DNA of 64,000 nucleotides from Geosiphon pyriformis uo1. Lineage: Eukaryota; Fungi; Glomeromycota. The position numbers and the translations under genes were made by a program. Positions 38,330 through 52,551 of the stretch are shown in pieces. Position 1 is the stretch's first letter. Each line of letters begins with the position of its first letter. The notes under the pieces were generated by a model that was given only the letters and a program-made list of their open reading frames with translations, was not told the origin of the DNA and did not search any database. The stretch is taken from the NCBI GenBank assembly GCA_016748015.1, contig JAAOMT010000603.1, forward strand, positions 497,068 through 561,067. Reading direction: 5' to 3'.

Positions 38330-40900
38330 AATTACATATAAAAAATGCATAATTAATATTATTACTCAATAAAAATTAATAAAAATCAAAAATATTAATA
38401 TTATAAAATATTAATCAATTATTAAATAATAATATAAATAGCACAAAACAACAAATAAAATTAAAAAATGTAATGTGTACACAATAATATATAAAATGTG
38501 CACAAATACACTCTATTTAATATGATTATAAACAAGTAAGTTAAGAAGTATTATAATTAAACAAAAAACTTAATAATTTAATAATTACTTACTAATTAAT
38601 TAAAATAAGCACAATTATATATAACTTGAAATATGTATATATATAATAGCTTTTTAACTTAAAAAAAGACAAATTAATAAGAAGTTAACTAGATAAAATA
38701 AAAAATAAAAAAAAGAGAATTAAATTATAATTCCAAGAAAAACTAGAAAGTATATCTTTTTAGTTTTATATTATAAAACTTATTAATAACAAAATTAATA
38801 AATTGAAGATCTTTTTTCAGGTTTTAATAAAAATTTAAAAAAGATTACCACTTTTTTGTAACATTTGGTGCTTACTTTGAAATCCAATTTTAATTTATTT
38901 AAATTATCTAAATTCTAATAATAATTAATTGTGTAAATTAGTAGATTAAAGTGACAAACAAGTAATACTTACTGATTTTTTTAGCTAAAACCTATATTAT
39001 TAATTTCAAAAAAGATTGAAATTATCTGATAATTGTCTTTTAGCTAAATTAATTTTCAATTACTATGTATATTATTAAATTTAATACTTACTAAAACAAA
39101 ACTCAAAGTGCTTTAAAAAAAACAAACCTTATATTAAAAATTAACTCTATATATTATACTATCTAATACACAATTATTTTTAATAACTTTGGTACAAATA
39201 CACCAAGAAATTAAGAAATATACACAGCAAATTTTTCTATTTACTTTTAATAAAAACAAAAAAAAAACAATAAATAAGATAATTAATAAAAACCAAACAT
39301 TTTAGTATAAACACTTTATTAAAAAAACATGAATTAATAGCAAATACTAATTTTATTATATAAAAAACTCCAAATTATATTACCAAAAACCTTATTTATT
39401 ATTTATTATCAAATAACCAAATTAATATATTATTAAAAGCTGTGTTTTTATCTATTACAAAAACAACTTCTTAAACTTTTAACTATATTTATATTTTATT
39501 TGGAGAAAAACTTATTAAAAATTTATTTTAAAGAAATATTTTTTGCAATTTTTAAATCCATTATTTCTATAATCAAACTTTTAGACTATTTAAAAACTTA
39601 AACCTAAATCTAAACTTAAATTTAAGAACAATATACCAGAAAAAAAATTTTTAAGTAAATTGGAACCAAAATTTATAGTTTTTTCTATTAAAATATCTGT
39701 GAATTTTTAAAAAATAGCTGCTTTTTATATTGTAAATTAATTAACTTTACTAAAAAAAAAAAATGCTTATAATTAGATTAAAAAAAACACAAAAAGCAAT
39801 TTTAATGAATAATTAAAATAAAATCTATAGTCTTTAGACTTTATTATTTTTTTTAAAAAACACAGCTAATTTATAGTATCAAAATCTGGATTTCAAATTC
39901 AGTACTTTTGCATAATTCTAAAATATATTTCTAAAATACTTTTGTAATTTTAACACTATTATCAAATTTTAAAACAAATTTAGTACTATTAAATAACAGT
40001 TTAATAAAACAGTAATTAAATATTTTAGTAGATTTAATTATATCTTATAACAAATTAGAGTTATAGAAAATAACTATTATACAGTCTCTTAGATTTTCAA
40101 TTAATTTGTAAAAAATTTAAGAAGTAGTATTTTAAAATAAGTATAATTATAATACTTAAAAGATTTATTTTAAACTGTTATATTAGCCTGAAATATTAAG
40201 TTAGCCAAAAAAAAAGCTAACTATAATAAAATAATTAATTTGGTAATAAATAATAATAACACCAAATAACTCAAAGACAAGATTATTTAACTTGAAAAAA
40301 ATTATCTTAAAAGAAAAAAAGTTATTTTGTTAATACTAAATTTTAAGCATTGAATTATTATCAACTGTTATAACAGCAAAATCAAACACTTTTTTAAAAT
40401 TGTAACTATTAAAACCAAAGTAAAAACCAACAAAATATATTTATATATTATTATTGTTAAAAACACAGATATATTAAAGCTAAATATTGATTATTACAAT
40501 CTTATCAAAACTTATAAAAAACAATTTATAAAACTTATTTTTTAGTAATCAATACATAATATCTTAAAATTAATACTTAATATCAATTTAATAATATTCT
40601 TAATAATAACTATTATAATAATAAAATCTAATTCAGCCATAATACTTAATTTTATTACAATAATTATAGCAATTACCAATTTTTAAATTCTTAAATAAGA
40701 AAAATAATAATAATCTATTAAATAGAAATCTAGTATAAATTAAGAATAGCATATATTAAGATTGATATATTTATTTACACATTATAATTAGATAATTTCA
40801 GTATTATTTTTTAATCATAGTATAATCTCTAAAAAAAACTGCTTTATAATAATATCTAATTTAAATTACTTAGTTTGATATATTGTATTAAATAGTTTTT
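38330..40900 (+). mobile_element. Decayed Gypsy 5' half (LTR, PBS, gag remnant), different family
   Basis: LTR end TGTAACA at 38863 followed by PBS TTTGGTGCT. Gag remnant FFLKNTANL*YQNL at about 39850-39890. Confidence 0.7.
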
Positions 40901-40997
40901 GAACATATTTTGTTAAAACATTAATAATAATAAAATTTTGTTATAAAAATATCAAAAAATTTATAATATAAAAAACAAAAATAAAATATTATAAAAA

Positions 40998-42319
40998 CTT
41001 TTTTCTCTCTTATATTCAAAAATTCCTAAAAAGTTTTTTGTCTTTGTTTTTCTTGTAATATTATTTTTAATGTTTTTTTAAGCAATTAATTTTTTTATAA
41101 TAAATCTAAAAACTGTTTTAAATAGCAGTATGTTTAAAAAAAAAACACTTAAGAAAACTTTTTATAATCTAATTGAAAGTTTTTTTTCTCAAAAGAAAAA
41201 AGTTTTTGTAAATAATATTAAGTATTCTAATAATAATAAAAATATTTCTTTGGTCAAACCTAATTCTAAAAGTAGTATATATTTAGATATAAATAATGAT
41301 TTCAGTAATTATAAAATTATTAATGTCTTAATAAGTACTGGTAATAGTTTTTTTCTTAATTTAACAATAATAATTTCTAAAGCAAAAAAGTTATTACTAA
41401 TTTAGAATATAATTTTTCTATTTGTACAATTCATTATAATATGAATAAAGATAAAAGACTTCTTTTTCTTTTTTTTAATATCTTTTTAAACAAAAAATAA
41501 ATTAACTTCAATATAATAAAAACTTAAATTAAGCTAGTTATTAAAAAATTTTTTGCTTTAAATATTAACTTATTAACAATTAAAAATAAACTAGCAACAG
41601 CAAAAGTACAGATTATTAGAAAGATTTTTTTAAAAGTAAATAGTTTTGAAAAAACTACTATTTTTTCAAATTTGAAAAAATAATCAGACTTATATTTATA
41701 TTAGAAGAGAACATAAAAAACAGCTTTATTAATTAAAAAAAAAACATTAAAGTAAACAACAATCTTAAAAGACAAAAATTTTGTTTAGATCAAACTGTGA
41801 TGATAAAAAAAATTCCTATAAATATACCAAAAAATAATAATTATAGCTTTTTTTGAATTTAGTTAAGTAGTATTAATTTAATTGCAACTTATTAAACTAT
41901 GGCAAAAGACTGTGTTATGGGTAAACTTGGTATGATATAGTGATAACATTTGGTGCTTAAAATTTGGGTTTTTAAGAAGCTTTTAAAGATTTTTTTTTGA
42001 TAGGCTTGTTTGTTGTATCAGTGTTATTAGTTTCTGAAAATCTGTTTGATTGTTATAAATTTACTTATAGAGTTCTTTGGTTATAAGACACAGAGAGATG
42101 TTTTGCAGTATTGCAATGTTTTGTATATAAATATGAGCTATCTTTTCCAAGCTAATAAGTACAATTATTAGAGTCTGGTGGTGTCTTTTTACTTTTCTGG
42201 TAAGTTATCAAGATAATATTAATATCTAAACTTAAGAAGAGCTTTCTTCTTTTACCAGATTATCACAAAGTCTATTTCTAAACAGTCAATTTTTCTATAT
42301 TACCATTTCACAAAAGAGA

Positions 42320-42351
<32 letters not shown>

Positions 42352-44400
42352 AAAAAGTAAAAAAAAAATAAAAGAAAATAAATTAGTATCATTAATTGCT
42401 ATGATCAAAAGTGATTGGTCCAGACTGTTAAGAGTTTAAGATGTTTATGCTAAGAATATCTGTTCTGGAACAAAAGTATGAAACAAAAATTAGTTCAATT
42501 CAAACATGAATGATTTTGTGTTTTTTAAATAAGCTCTTTATTTTTGTAAAATGTAATAATTATAAGAAAGAGAAAAATTGATTTTTGTCTAAATGTCTTT
42601 CTAACTTTTCTAACTACTCATTTTTATACATTTTTTTTGGTTCTACAAGATTGCTTTTTAATTGTTTTGTTCTTGCTAGTTATTACTTTACTATTTCTAT
42701 TATCACTTTATTCTTCTATGTTATTACTAGTTATTTTATGTTTTAACTAGTTATTTTATACTATTATAAGTTATCAAGTTTTGTATTATGTTATTCTAAG
42801 TTATTATGTATTATTCTGTATTTTTTTGCATTATCTTGTGCTATTTTATGTTATCATATTTTTGGTCATATTTTTTCTATAACTTTGGATTGGTTTTTTT
42901 ACTTGGGTAACAACTATAATAAAATTTGCCAAATCAAATTAAGCTAATTTGCTGGTGTTAAGATAATTATTTTTAATTAGAAAAAATTTAATACATATAG
43001 CCAAAGCTGTAAAAAATTGTAATGTTTAAATATTAAAAGATTATTTTAAAGTGCTTTTGTTTATTTTGTTTGTAAAAATAGCTGCTCATAATTTAAATGC
43101 TTTGTTAAAAAAGACTAATAAGAAAACATATATAATTAATCAATTATTTAAAACTAGCAATTAAATTTACTATGTTGTAATTATTTTTGAATTAGAAGAG
43201 AATCTAAAATTACTTTTTTATACAAAGTTGATTTTTGATAGCATAAAACTAGACTGAATTTGGTTTATTATAATAAATATAAGCATTTTAAACATTTTGT
43301 TTTAGAGTGTAATATACTAAGTGTATCTGCTTTTTTGTCTTTAAAGATATATAAAAACTTTGTATTAGATGTAAATTGTCTTTAATTAGCCAAGTTGTAT
43401 GTTAAAAAGAGTGTTCTCATCTTGTGTTTTGCTGAATTTAGTGGCAAATTATGGGTTTAGATAATTTTACTGGTTTTTGCTCTTAATATATGCTTTGGTT
43501 CTGGGTTTTTTTATTTAGAACTTTATATTTTAATAAAATTTTTTTTGTTCTATAAGATAATTTGTTTTTTAATACTTAAATGATTTTTTTAGAGTGTTTT
43601 TTGAAACTTTTGGCTAATCAAGTTTTTGGTATTATGTAAAAGCTGAGCAATATAAATTTGGTATTTTTGGTTTCTGTTTTTCATTTTTTTTTCAACTGTT
43701 TTTATGTCTTTAAATTCAAGTTTAAATTCAAATATAATTTTAAATAATTTGTAAATGTTATTTTTTTTTTCAGTAGTAACAACTAAAATTTTTACTAACA
43801 AAATAAATGGCTTAAAATCAAAAATAATTGTTTTTAAGATTTTTGTTAATTTAATTTTAGCAAATTTAGATTATTTGTGCTCTGGTTTAGATTTATTAGT
43901 ATATTTTTTATCTTAATAACTGATTACATATAAAAATTTACTATATATAATATTAGAAAAATAAATAATTTGGTTAAACAAAAAAATATTATTAAGTAAC
44001 ATAAAAATTTTGATAATTTGGTTTCTATATTTATTAAAACAAGATTTTTATATTTGGTTTAAATTTAAATAATTTGGGTTTTAATATTACAATTATTTTA
44101 AACAAAAATTTAATTAAAATTTTTAAAATATTAAATTAGTTTTTGTTAAATTATTGTTTAAAAATAAGTTTTTGATTATAATTTTAGATTTTTACATAAA
44201 AATTTTTTTAAATATAAAATTAAAACAGACTGTTAATATTGTTAGCAAAAGTTTTAATTGTTTTTTTTTGCTGTTATTAATATTAAATTTATAATTAAAT
44301 TTTCAATAAATAATTTATTTTTAAAGTATTTTTCTATATTTTAAATTATATATGCTATTAAAATTATAATAAAATAATCAATTTTATACTAATTATTTTG
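40998..44400 (+). mobile_element. LINE copy 2, heavily decayed (ORF1 and start of ORF2), with a solo LTR insertion
   Basis: Shares the 5' motif with other copies. MFKKKTLKKTFY..FFSQKKKV matches ORF1 at 44619. WQK.. resumes after 42912. APE remnant from about 43920. Confidence 0.75.
41913..42912 (-). mobile_element. Solo LTR (1.0 kb)
   Basis: Termini TGTTA...TAACA, TSD ACTG/ACTA, and the LINE ORF1 continues across it. Orientation is inferred from motifs shared with the 61474 LTR. Confidence 0.8.
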
Positions 44401-47400
44401 TGTAATTGTTTTGTAATAAAAATTAATTTTTTTATATAAATTCTTAATTATAGATTTTTTAAAAATATGGATATAAAAAAAAAACTTCTTTCTCTCTTAT
44501 ATCCACAAATTCTCAAAAAATGCTTTTCTAAAAAAAAAGTTTTTTATTTTTTCTTGTTAGTATTTTACAATTTTTCTTTCTAATAACCACTTTTTCATGG
44601 ACTTGGAGACTGCTTCTAATGGCAACATCTAAAAAGAAGGCACCAAAGAGTGCTTTTTATGGTCCTGCAGGTGGCTTCTTCTCACAGAAAAAGAAAGTTG
44701 TGCTTGGAAATATCAAACACTCAGGTAATGAAAAAAATATCTTTCTGAACAAATCTGAGCTTGGTAACAATGTGTTTTCTAATGTAGATAGTCTGTCTGA
44801 TAATAAAAAAGGTGTTAATATGACTGGTATTAATGTTGGGTCTCTTCTAGATTTGGCTGTTAACACTCTCAAAGCAAAACATGTCAATATTGGTGCTGTT
44901 TTTGGTTTTCCACTTCGATCTCCTAATTTTGTTATAGATGATAATGAAAAAATCTCTCTTTCTCTTTGCCTCCCAATTTTTCTAAATAAAAAGTAAATTG
45001 ACCCAAAAATTATTAAGACTCAAAAAGAGTTTGCTGTTAAAAAATTATTTGTTTTGAACATTAATTTTTTAGCAGTGGAAGACAATTTAGCAATAGTAAA
45101 AACTTAAATCATCAGGAAATTATTTTCATTAGTCAATGGTTTTGGGGGGGCTACTACTCTTTCAAAATTTGAAAGGATCATCTATTCTACTTTTACTTCT
45201 GAAAAAAGCATGGAAATGACTGCATCATTGGCCAGAGAAAAAGAAATTACTGTAAATACCAATCTCAAAAAACAAGAAATCTGTTCAGATCGAACTGTGG
45301 TAATTAAAAAAATTCTCATGAACACACCAAAAGAAATGATTGTTACCACAGTATCTATATTTAGAGAAATCAAGTTGATCAAGATTCAGCTGATTAAAAT
45401 ATGGCTGAATTGGAACAGACAGAGCAACTGGCATCAAGATGATCATTCTTAATTGGGAAGGACTTAGTGTGTATGGCTATGGCTGTGGAAGATCAGGATA
45501 CTTAGATGTCTAGGGATTGCTTTAGAGCACTTTTGTTTACTTTGCTGATGGGAACAACTGTGCACAATCTTGGTACTCTTTTAGAAGGGGCTGGTGAGAA
45601 AACTTGTGTAATTAATTGCTCACTGGAGACTGGCAATCAAATTTGCTGTGCTGTTATTGGTTTTAAATCTGAAAATAAGCTTGAATCTGCATTTTGCACT
45701 GAGCCGATTTTTGGTGGTGTGAGACTTTCTTGGGCCAGATTGGACTTGGTTTGGTGTGAAAAATGTGAAAAGTTTGGACACTCAGTCTTAGAATGTGATG
45801 CTTTTGATGCTCTGGTATCTGCTTCTTCTAAAAAAAGCTTTAAAAAGAATGCTTCTGATGTGAGTTGTCTTCAGTTAGCCAAATTATATGCCAAGAAAAA
45901 TGTTCCTATCTCTCATTCTGCTGCTTTTGGTGGCAAGTCATGATATTACCAGTAGAATTTTAACTATTAATTAGCATAAAATTACTCTTATAATTCCTAT
46001 TATTAATTAACATATATTATTATTATTTCAATTATCACTTATTATTTAATCAAATTATCAAATATTATTACTCAATTAATAATCTGATTTGTACTCTAGA
46101 AATTAAGATAATCAAATTACACAATACTCTGAACCATTTAAGATAGTCAAAATTCGCCGAAATTAATAGAAATTGGCCGAAATAATCAATAGTTTAGTGA
46201 AATAACTTGTAGTTTGCCAAAATGTATCTTTAGTTTACCCAAATTGTAGCAAAGAGAAAAGTGCAAGTTTAAAGACTAGTACTACTACAAGTTGTATAAA
46301 AGAAGAGCTTTTTTCTTTAAGAAAATATATCTTCTCATAGTATCTTACCATAACATCCTACTTTAGATATTTTAATTGAAACAAATCACTTTTTACACAT
46401 TCAAATAAAAATTAAATATTCGAAAACCAAATCCTTAAATTATTACACTTGAAATTTTCTTAACACAACTAACGTTTTGAAATTGATTAACTACCAATTT
46501 CAATAATCTGTTAGTAATTCCAGACCTGAATAGAAAATGTTTTTCTTGACACAATTTTATTTCTTTTATATTTTCTTTACATTTTCTTTATTTTCTTTTA
46601 TTTTCTTATTATAATTATTAGGGTAGCCTATAGACAAGATTCTTGTAAAAGAGTTAACTTTTGCAGCAAAGTAATTACACATTTTAGTAAGCTTCCAGAT
46701 GAGCAATTTTTGGAAAAAAGTTGATGTTTACTACAATGTAACTACATAAAATAACTGGCAAGGAATTGGCCATTCTACTTATAAGCCCAGCAGTTCAAAT
46801 TATAGGAGATAATTTGAAGATAAATTCAGTTACTGAAGGTCCAATTACTTCCTGGAAATGTAAATTTACAGAAAATCAACATTTACAACATTCAAGAAAA
46901 GATACCAAAAACCTCTGGTAACATTTGGTGCTCTTCTACAGAAATAACACAGCAACAACAAATTCAAAGTGACAACCACACCAGACACAACAACTTTAGA
47001 GTATTATCAGTCAATCTATACTTACTGCAAGCAAAGATTCAACATCCAAAACAGAATTAAAATTTTCAAGAAATCACTATACCAATACATTAAAAATTGC
47101 ATCAACAACTATCTTTTTGGAAACTACAACATTTCAGAAGTTAAAAACAACCTTTACAATAATTTAGTGCACTATTCACAATTGGGAACAAAAGATCTGA
47201 ACAGTGAAACACTTGTTACCTACTTTCAAAAACTTAATTTTAACATTATTGAGTATTGTGAAGAAAAATACCCAGTACAGTTCAAATACTCTTTTGACTT
47301 TGAATCAGAAACTAAGACAAGCAACAAAGGCAAACAAAAAGTAAAACAATACTCAAAAACCACTCCAAACACTCTAATACTACCAAAAACAACTGCCAAA

Positions 47401-50400
47401 CACTTGCAAACACCTGAACAAAAAACCAATGTCAAATTACCACTTTTTATTACACCATTTTCAATTTTACTTGCTCGACCACAAACACCAAATTTACTAC
47501 TTAACCATTTTTCCAGACCAAAAAATTATTAGTCATCTAAAAATTCTATTCAACAGCAGGAACCCATATCAACAAGTGCCAATATTATTGATTACTTATA
47601 GGAAAATGAAAATAATCATTCAGAAAACTTGGAAAGTGAAGAAACTAAATCAGAACAAAAAGAAACCACAGAAAACAAAAAAGAAATGACAACTGCTTAT
47701 ATTGTAAAGATTCCAGAATTCATTGGTAAAGACAATGATACCAGCCCTCAAGAATGGCTTAATAAAGTTCAAAAAGCAGGAGATGCAAATGATTGGAATG
47801 CAGCAAGAATGCTCAAGACAATCCCATACTTTCTCCAAGGAACTGCAAAAGAATAGTTTGAAAACTTAGAAGAATCATTTGAAAACTAGCAAGCATTCAA
47901 AGATGCTTTCTTGCAACAATTCACCAACAACAACACTTCTATAATGCTCTGCAATCACTTTCAAAATATTAAACAAGAAACATCTGAAACTGTTATAACC
48001 TATCTTGAAAGATTCAATAAACTTCTTAGACAAATTTGACAATTGAAAACCAATAACTATTATTCCAATGCTCAGATTCTGGATCAGTTTATAGCAGCAT
48101 TAAAAGACAAATTGATTAAAAAAGTCTGTCCACATGCACCAGCAGACTTAGCAACTATCATTAGACATGCAAAGAACTATAAAATGACAATAGAAGAAGC
48201 AAACCACACCAAACTTGTCAACCTAGCTATTGGAAAAACCAGCTTAGCAGCTGAAAAGAAGATAGACCAACTTACAAAGAAAGTTGAAAGCTATTTTACA
48301 AATCAACAACAACAGCAGCAACAACCACAAAAATATTTACCCCTACAATGATACAACCAAAACAGCTTTGGATCATTATCTAACAACCAATCCCAAAATT
48401 GTCATTATTATAGAATCTCAAAACACTAAAAACGAAATTGTAGGAAGTTACAAAGAAACCAACAAAACAGGAGTAATCAACATTATCCTTTACCACAACA
48501 AGCTTACTACCAATCTTTACTACCAACTTATTATTCACCAGGACCACAAAATCAAAACAATTACTATTAACTGGCTTCACAACCAATTCAGCAACAATAT
48601 TAGCAATCTTTACCAATTCAGCAATATCAAACACCATCCATTCAACAATGTCAAGTATTAGCTAGAAAATTGGTTCAACAAAACCAATTCACACCACAAA
48701 ACCGTTTTTTAACAAACCACAACAGATTTAACCTTAATAATTAATTAGTTCTTTGAAATTCTGTTCAACAAAAATTCACTCAGTTTTACATTCAACCCAG
48801 TTATTTAACAATACAAAAAAAATCAGATTTTCAACAAACTGCACTTTCTGAAAGTGAAGTTATAACACCAAGATTAAACTCTTTCAACAATACTATTCCA
48901 CTAGCCCAAATTGCCCAAAATGCCAACCTTTCAGATATATTTTTATTCGAATTTAAAGCAAATAAATTACCATTTTTGCTTAATAATGCAGTAATCAATG
49001 AGCAAAAAACTATTACTGCCATGTACATTGAAGCTACAGTAGAATGAAAGCCTATCTGATTAATTCTAAACAATAGATCTGCTGGAAATATCATCACCTA
49101 CCAATTAATGCAGCAACTCAATCGAAATGTTAACAGACCAGTTCAAACAGTAATTGTTACAGCAGATGGTATGAAAAAGACACCAGTAAGAGAAATTGAC
49201 AATTTTCTATTTACCATTAATGGAATCATTATTCTAGTCAAAGTCCTAATTATGAATACACCCCAATACCAAGTTCTCATCAGAAATAATTGGCTTCTCA
49301 AAGCCAATGCAAAGTTAGATTAGAAAACTCAAGAACTAAAAATCTCATACCAAAGACAATATATCATAGTATCTGTTACTTATGACACTTTTAACAAACA
49401 ATCAGAAAAAGCCCCAGTGTTTGAATTTAAGGAAAAGAAGAAAATGCCACTTACTAAAACTTATATGGCACTTGGATCAACATCCAATTGGGCTGAGGAA
49501 ACAGAACAAGAGATTTTTGAAGAATCAAGAGAATGAAAAAAAGTTAGGTATTCTACACCAGAACCATAAAAAGAACCACCATACATCCCATTAAAATACA
49601 AAGATTGCAAGAAGAAGCTTTCATCAATGGGAGCATGTATTTCTCCAGAAGAGGAATATGAAACTCGCATCTACTACTTTTGCAAAGCATGCCATAAAGA
49701 ACAATTTGGATACCCCAAAAGAAGTGGAAAATGGAACAACACTCCTTGCCTCATATGCAGAGATATGCTACCAGAAAAATACAACTGGATTGATGTTACA
49801 ATGAGAAGAGGAGTATGTAATCAAACCTGTCAATATGTCTTATCAATTTTAGAAAAAGTCAAAAAAAGAACACTATTTGATGCAGCATACAACAGTGCTC
49901 TCAATAAACTCTACCACTACCCTTATGATGCTGAAATAATTTTTGACTTAGCAATAGCATTAATCAATAGAGCTACCCAAGAAGATGTTCATCAAATGAA
50001 AAAAGCTAAATACATTGAGTATACTATGGAATTAACTGGATTTAATTATGAAAATGAAATAGAAACCTATTACCAAATTACAATGTCCAGAATGCTATGC
50101 TCTTAGCATTCTTCTGTCCAGTGAAAATGACCAGGAAGAAATCGAATTTGGGAAATCTGAAACAAAGAATAAAATCACAACAACATCAATTTATCTTACT
50201 GAAAACCAGTCTGCTATACAACTCAAATACTTTAACAATAATGGACAAAGAATAAAACCAGAAAAAGCCCACAAAATTGATACAAAATATGACTTTAGAT
50301 ATCCTGGCAAAGACACTTTGGTTCTCTAACCAAAGTCCTTAACAAAAATCAATCTCAAAATCACTCTTGAAATTCCACCTGGAGCAATGGTTCAAATTGC

Positions 50401-52551
50401 ATCCAGATTATCATTGGCAAGCAAAGAAATCAACATTAGAGAAGAAGTCATAAATGCAAGATATACTGGAGACATTATCATCATGTTACAGAATAAAACA
50501 GACAAACCATTCAGAATTGACCATGCTGAGAAAATTGCCCAAGCAATTTACTTACTCTTAATCAACATTTCGGATTTATAATCAGTTAAGAACAGAGAAC
50601 AATTGGGAAAAAGTGAAAGAGGAACTCAAGGTTTTGGTTCAACTGGACGATTTACAGTACCAGTAAACATAGCTTTCAATACACAGAATAAATCTTACCA
50701 GATTCTTCAACTTCCCCAACCAATTACCATTTCACTTTTTGGTGAACATCATGAAATCTATACTTGCTCAAAACCCACCACTACCCAATAAATCATTGAA
50801 TCCAATGAACAAATCTGTTTAAAGCATGAAATCTCAATTCCAAATGTGTATATTCCCAAAAGAATGAAAAAATTTTGAGTTATATTTTATAATCCCAATA
50901 ATTACTCTATTGTCTTATTGAATAAATTAGAGATTGAAATCATACATAGCAATATTTTCCAAGATAAAAACCCTCAAATTGTTTCTAATTTCATCGAAAT
51001 TATAAGACATACACTACTTCCAAATCCAAACATCACTCCTACTATTGAAAACTATCATCTTTTGGAAGAAAAACTCTCTCAAATCAACATGGGTCTCTTA
51101 AAACCCTAACAACAAAGACAATTGAGACAACTAATAGCTGAATTTGCAGATATATTTGCAAAAGACAACAATGATCTTGGAAAAACTAATATTGTCTAAC
51201 ATCAGATCTACACAAAAGATGCTTCACCAAAATAACAATAAGCCTATTGAATACCACCTGTCAGCCACCAATTCATCAGAGAAGAGATCCAAAGAATGCT
51301 CAATAACGGATTGATTCAACCATCAAGAAGTCCATGGGTCTCACCAATAGTTCTTGTTAAAAAAAAAAATGGAAAAATCAGATTCTGTGTTAACTATTGA
51401 CAATTGAATAGTGTCACAATTGGAGATGTCTACTTTCTTCCAAAAATTAATAACATGTTAGATGCATTAGGAAAAGCCAAGTTTTTTTCAACTTTAGACT
51501 TGGAAAGTGGATACTAGAAAGTCAAAATGGACCCAAAAGATCGACCCAAAACAGCATTTACCACTTAAGGAGAGAACTATGAATTCAATATTATGCTTTT
51601 TGGACTTTGCAATGCACCAGCAACATTTCAGTAACTCATAGATGTTGTATATGAAAGACTCTTATGGCAATCAGTAGTTGTCTATCTTGATGACACTAAT
51701 GTATACTCACCAAGCTTTAAAGCCCATCTCATTCACCTGCAAGAAGTTTTTCAATGATTATGGAAAGCAGGATTAAAGTTAAACATTGAGAAATGTTACT
51801 TTAGAAAAACAAGCCTAATTTTTTTTGGACACATTGTTAGCAAAGATAGAGTCAAACCAAATCCTGGAACAATCAGTGCTGTCAAAAACTTTTAAACTTC
51901 CAAAAATACTACAGAGCTATAAGGATTTATAGGATTAGCCTTCTACTATCAAAAATTCATAAAAAAATTCTCAGAAATTGCCAAACCACTCAATTATTTT
52001 ACCAACAAAAATATATCATATCAATGGACTGAAGAACAACAAAAAGCTTTTGAAACTCTCAAAACAAAATTGACAACAGTCTCAGTTCTTGCTTACTCAG
52101 ACTTCAACAAATGGTTCCAACTAGCCACTAATGTCTCACATATAGCATTTAATGCTATCTTATCACAATTAGATGAAAATGGCCAAGAACAAATCATTGC
52201 CTATGCCAGTAAAACACTCAAGCCAACAGAACTCAAATATGGCTTAACCAAATTAGAAGCTGCCACAGTCATTTGGGCTCTTAAACATTTTCAACAATAT
52301 CTGAAGAATGGAAAAGAATTTGACATCATAATAGACAATATTGGTTTCAAATGGCTTAATAAGAAGAAAACTAAACAAAGTGCCAAACAGTTTTGATAAA
52401 ATAATTTCCTAGCAGATTACAAATATATTGTACACCACAAACCAAGAAAATTACACACCAATGTTGATAGTCTCTCAAGAATAAAACAAGATTAATAACA
52501 CCAACAAATCCACTACAACTTACCAACTTACTAACAAATAACAAAACAACA

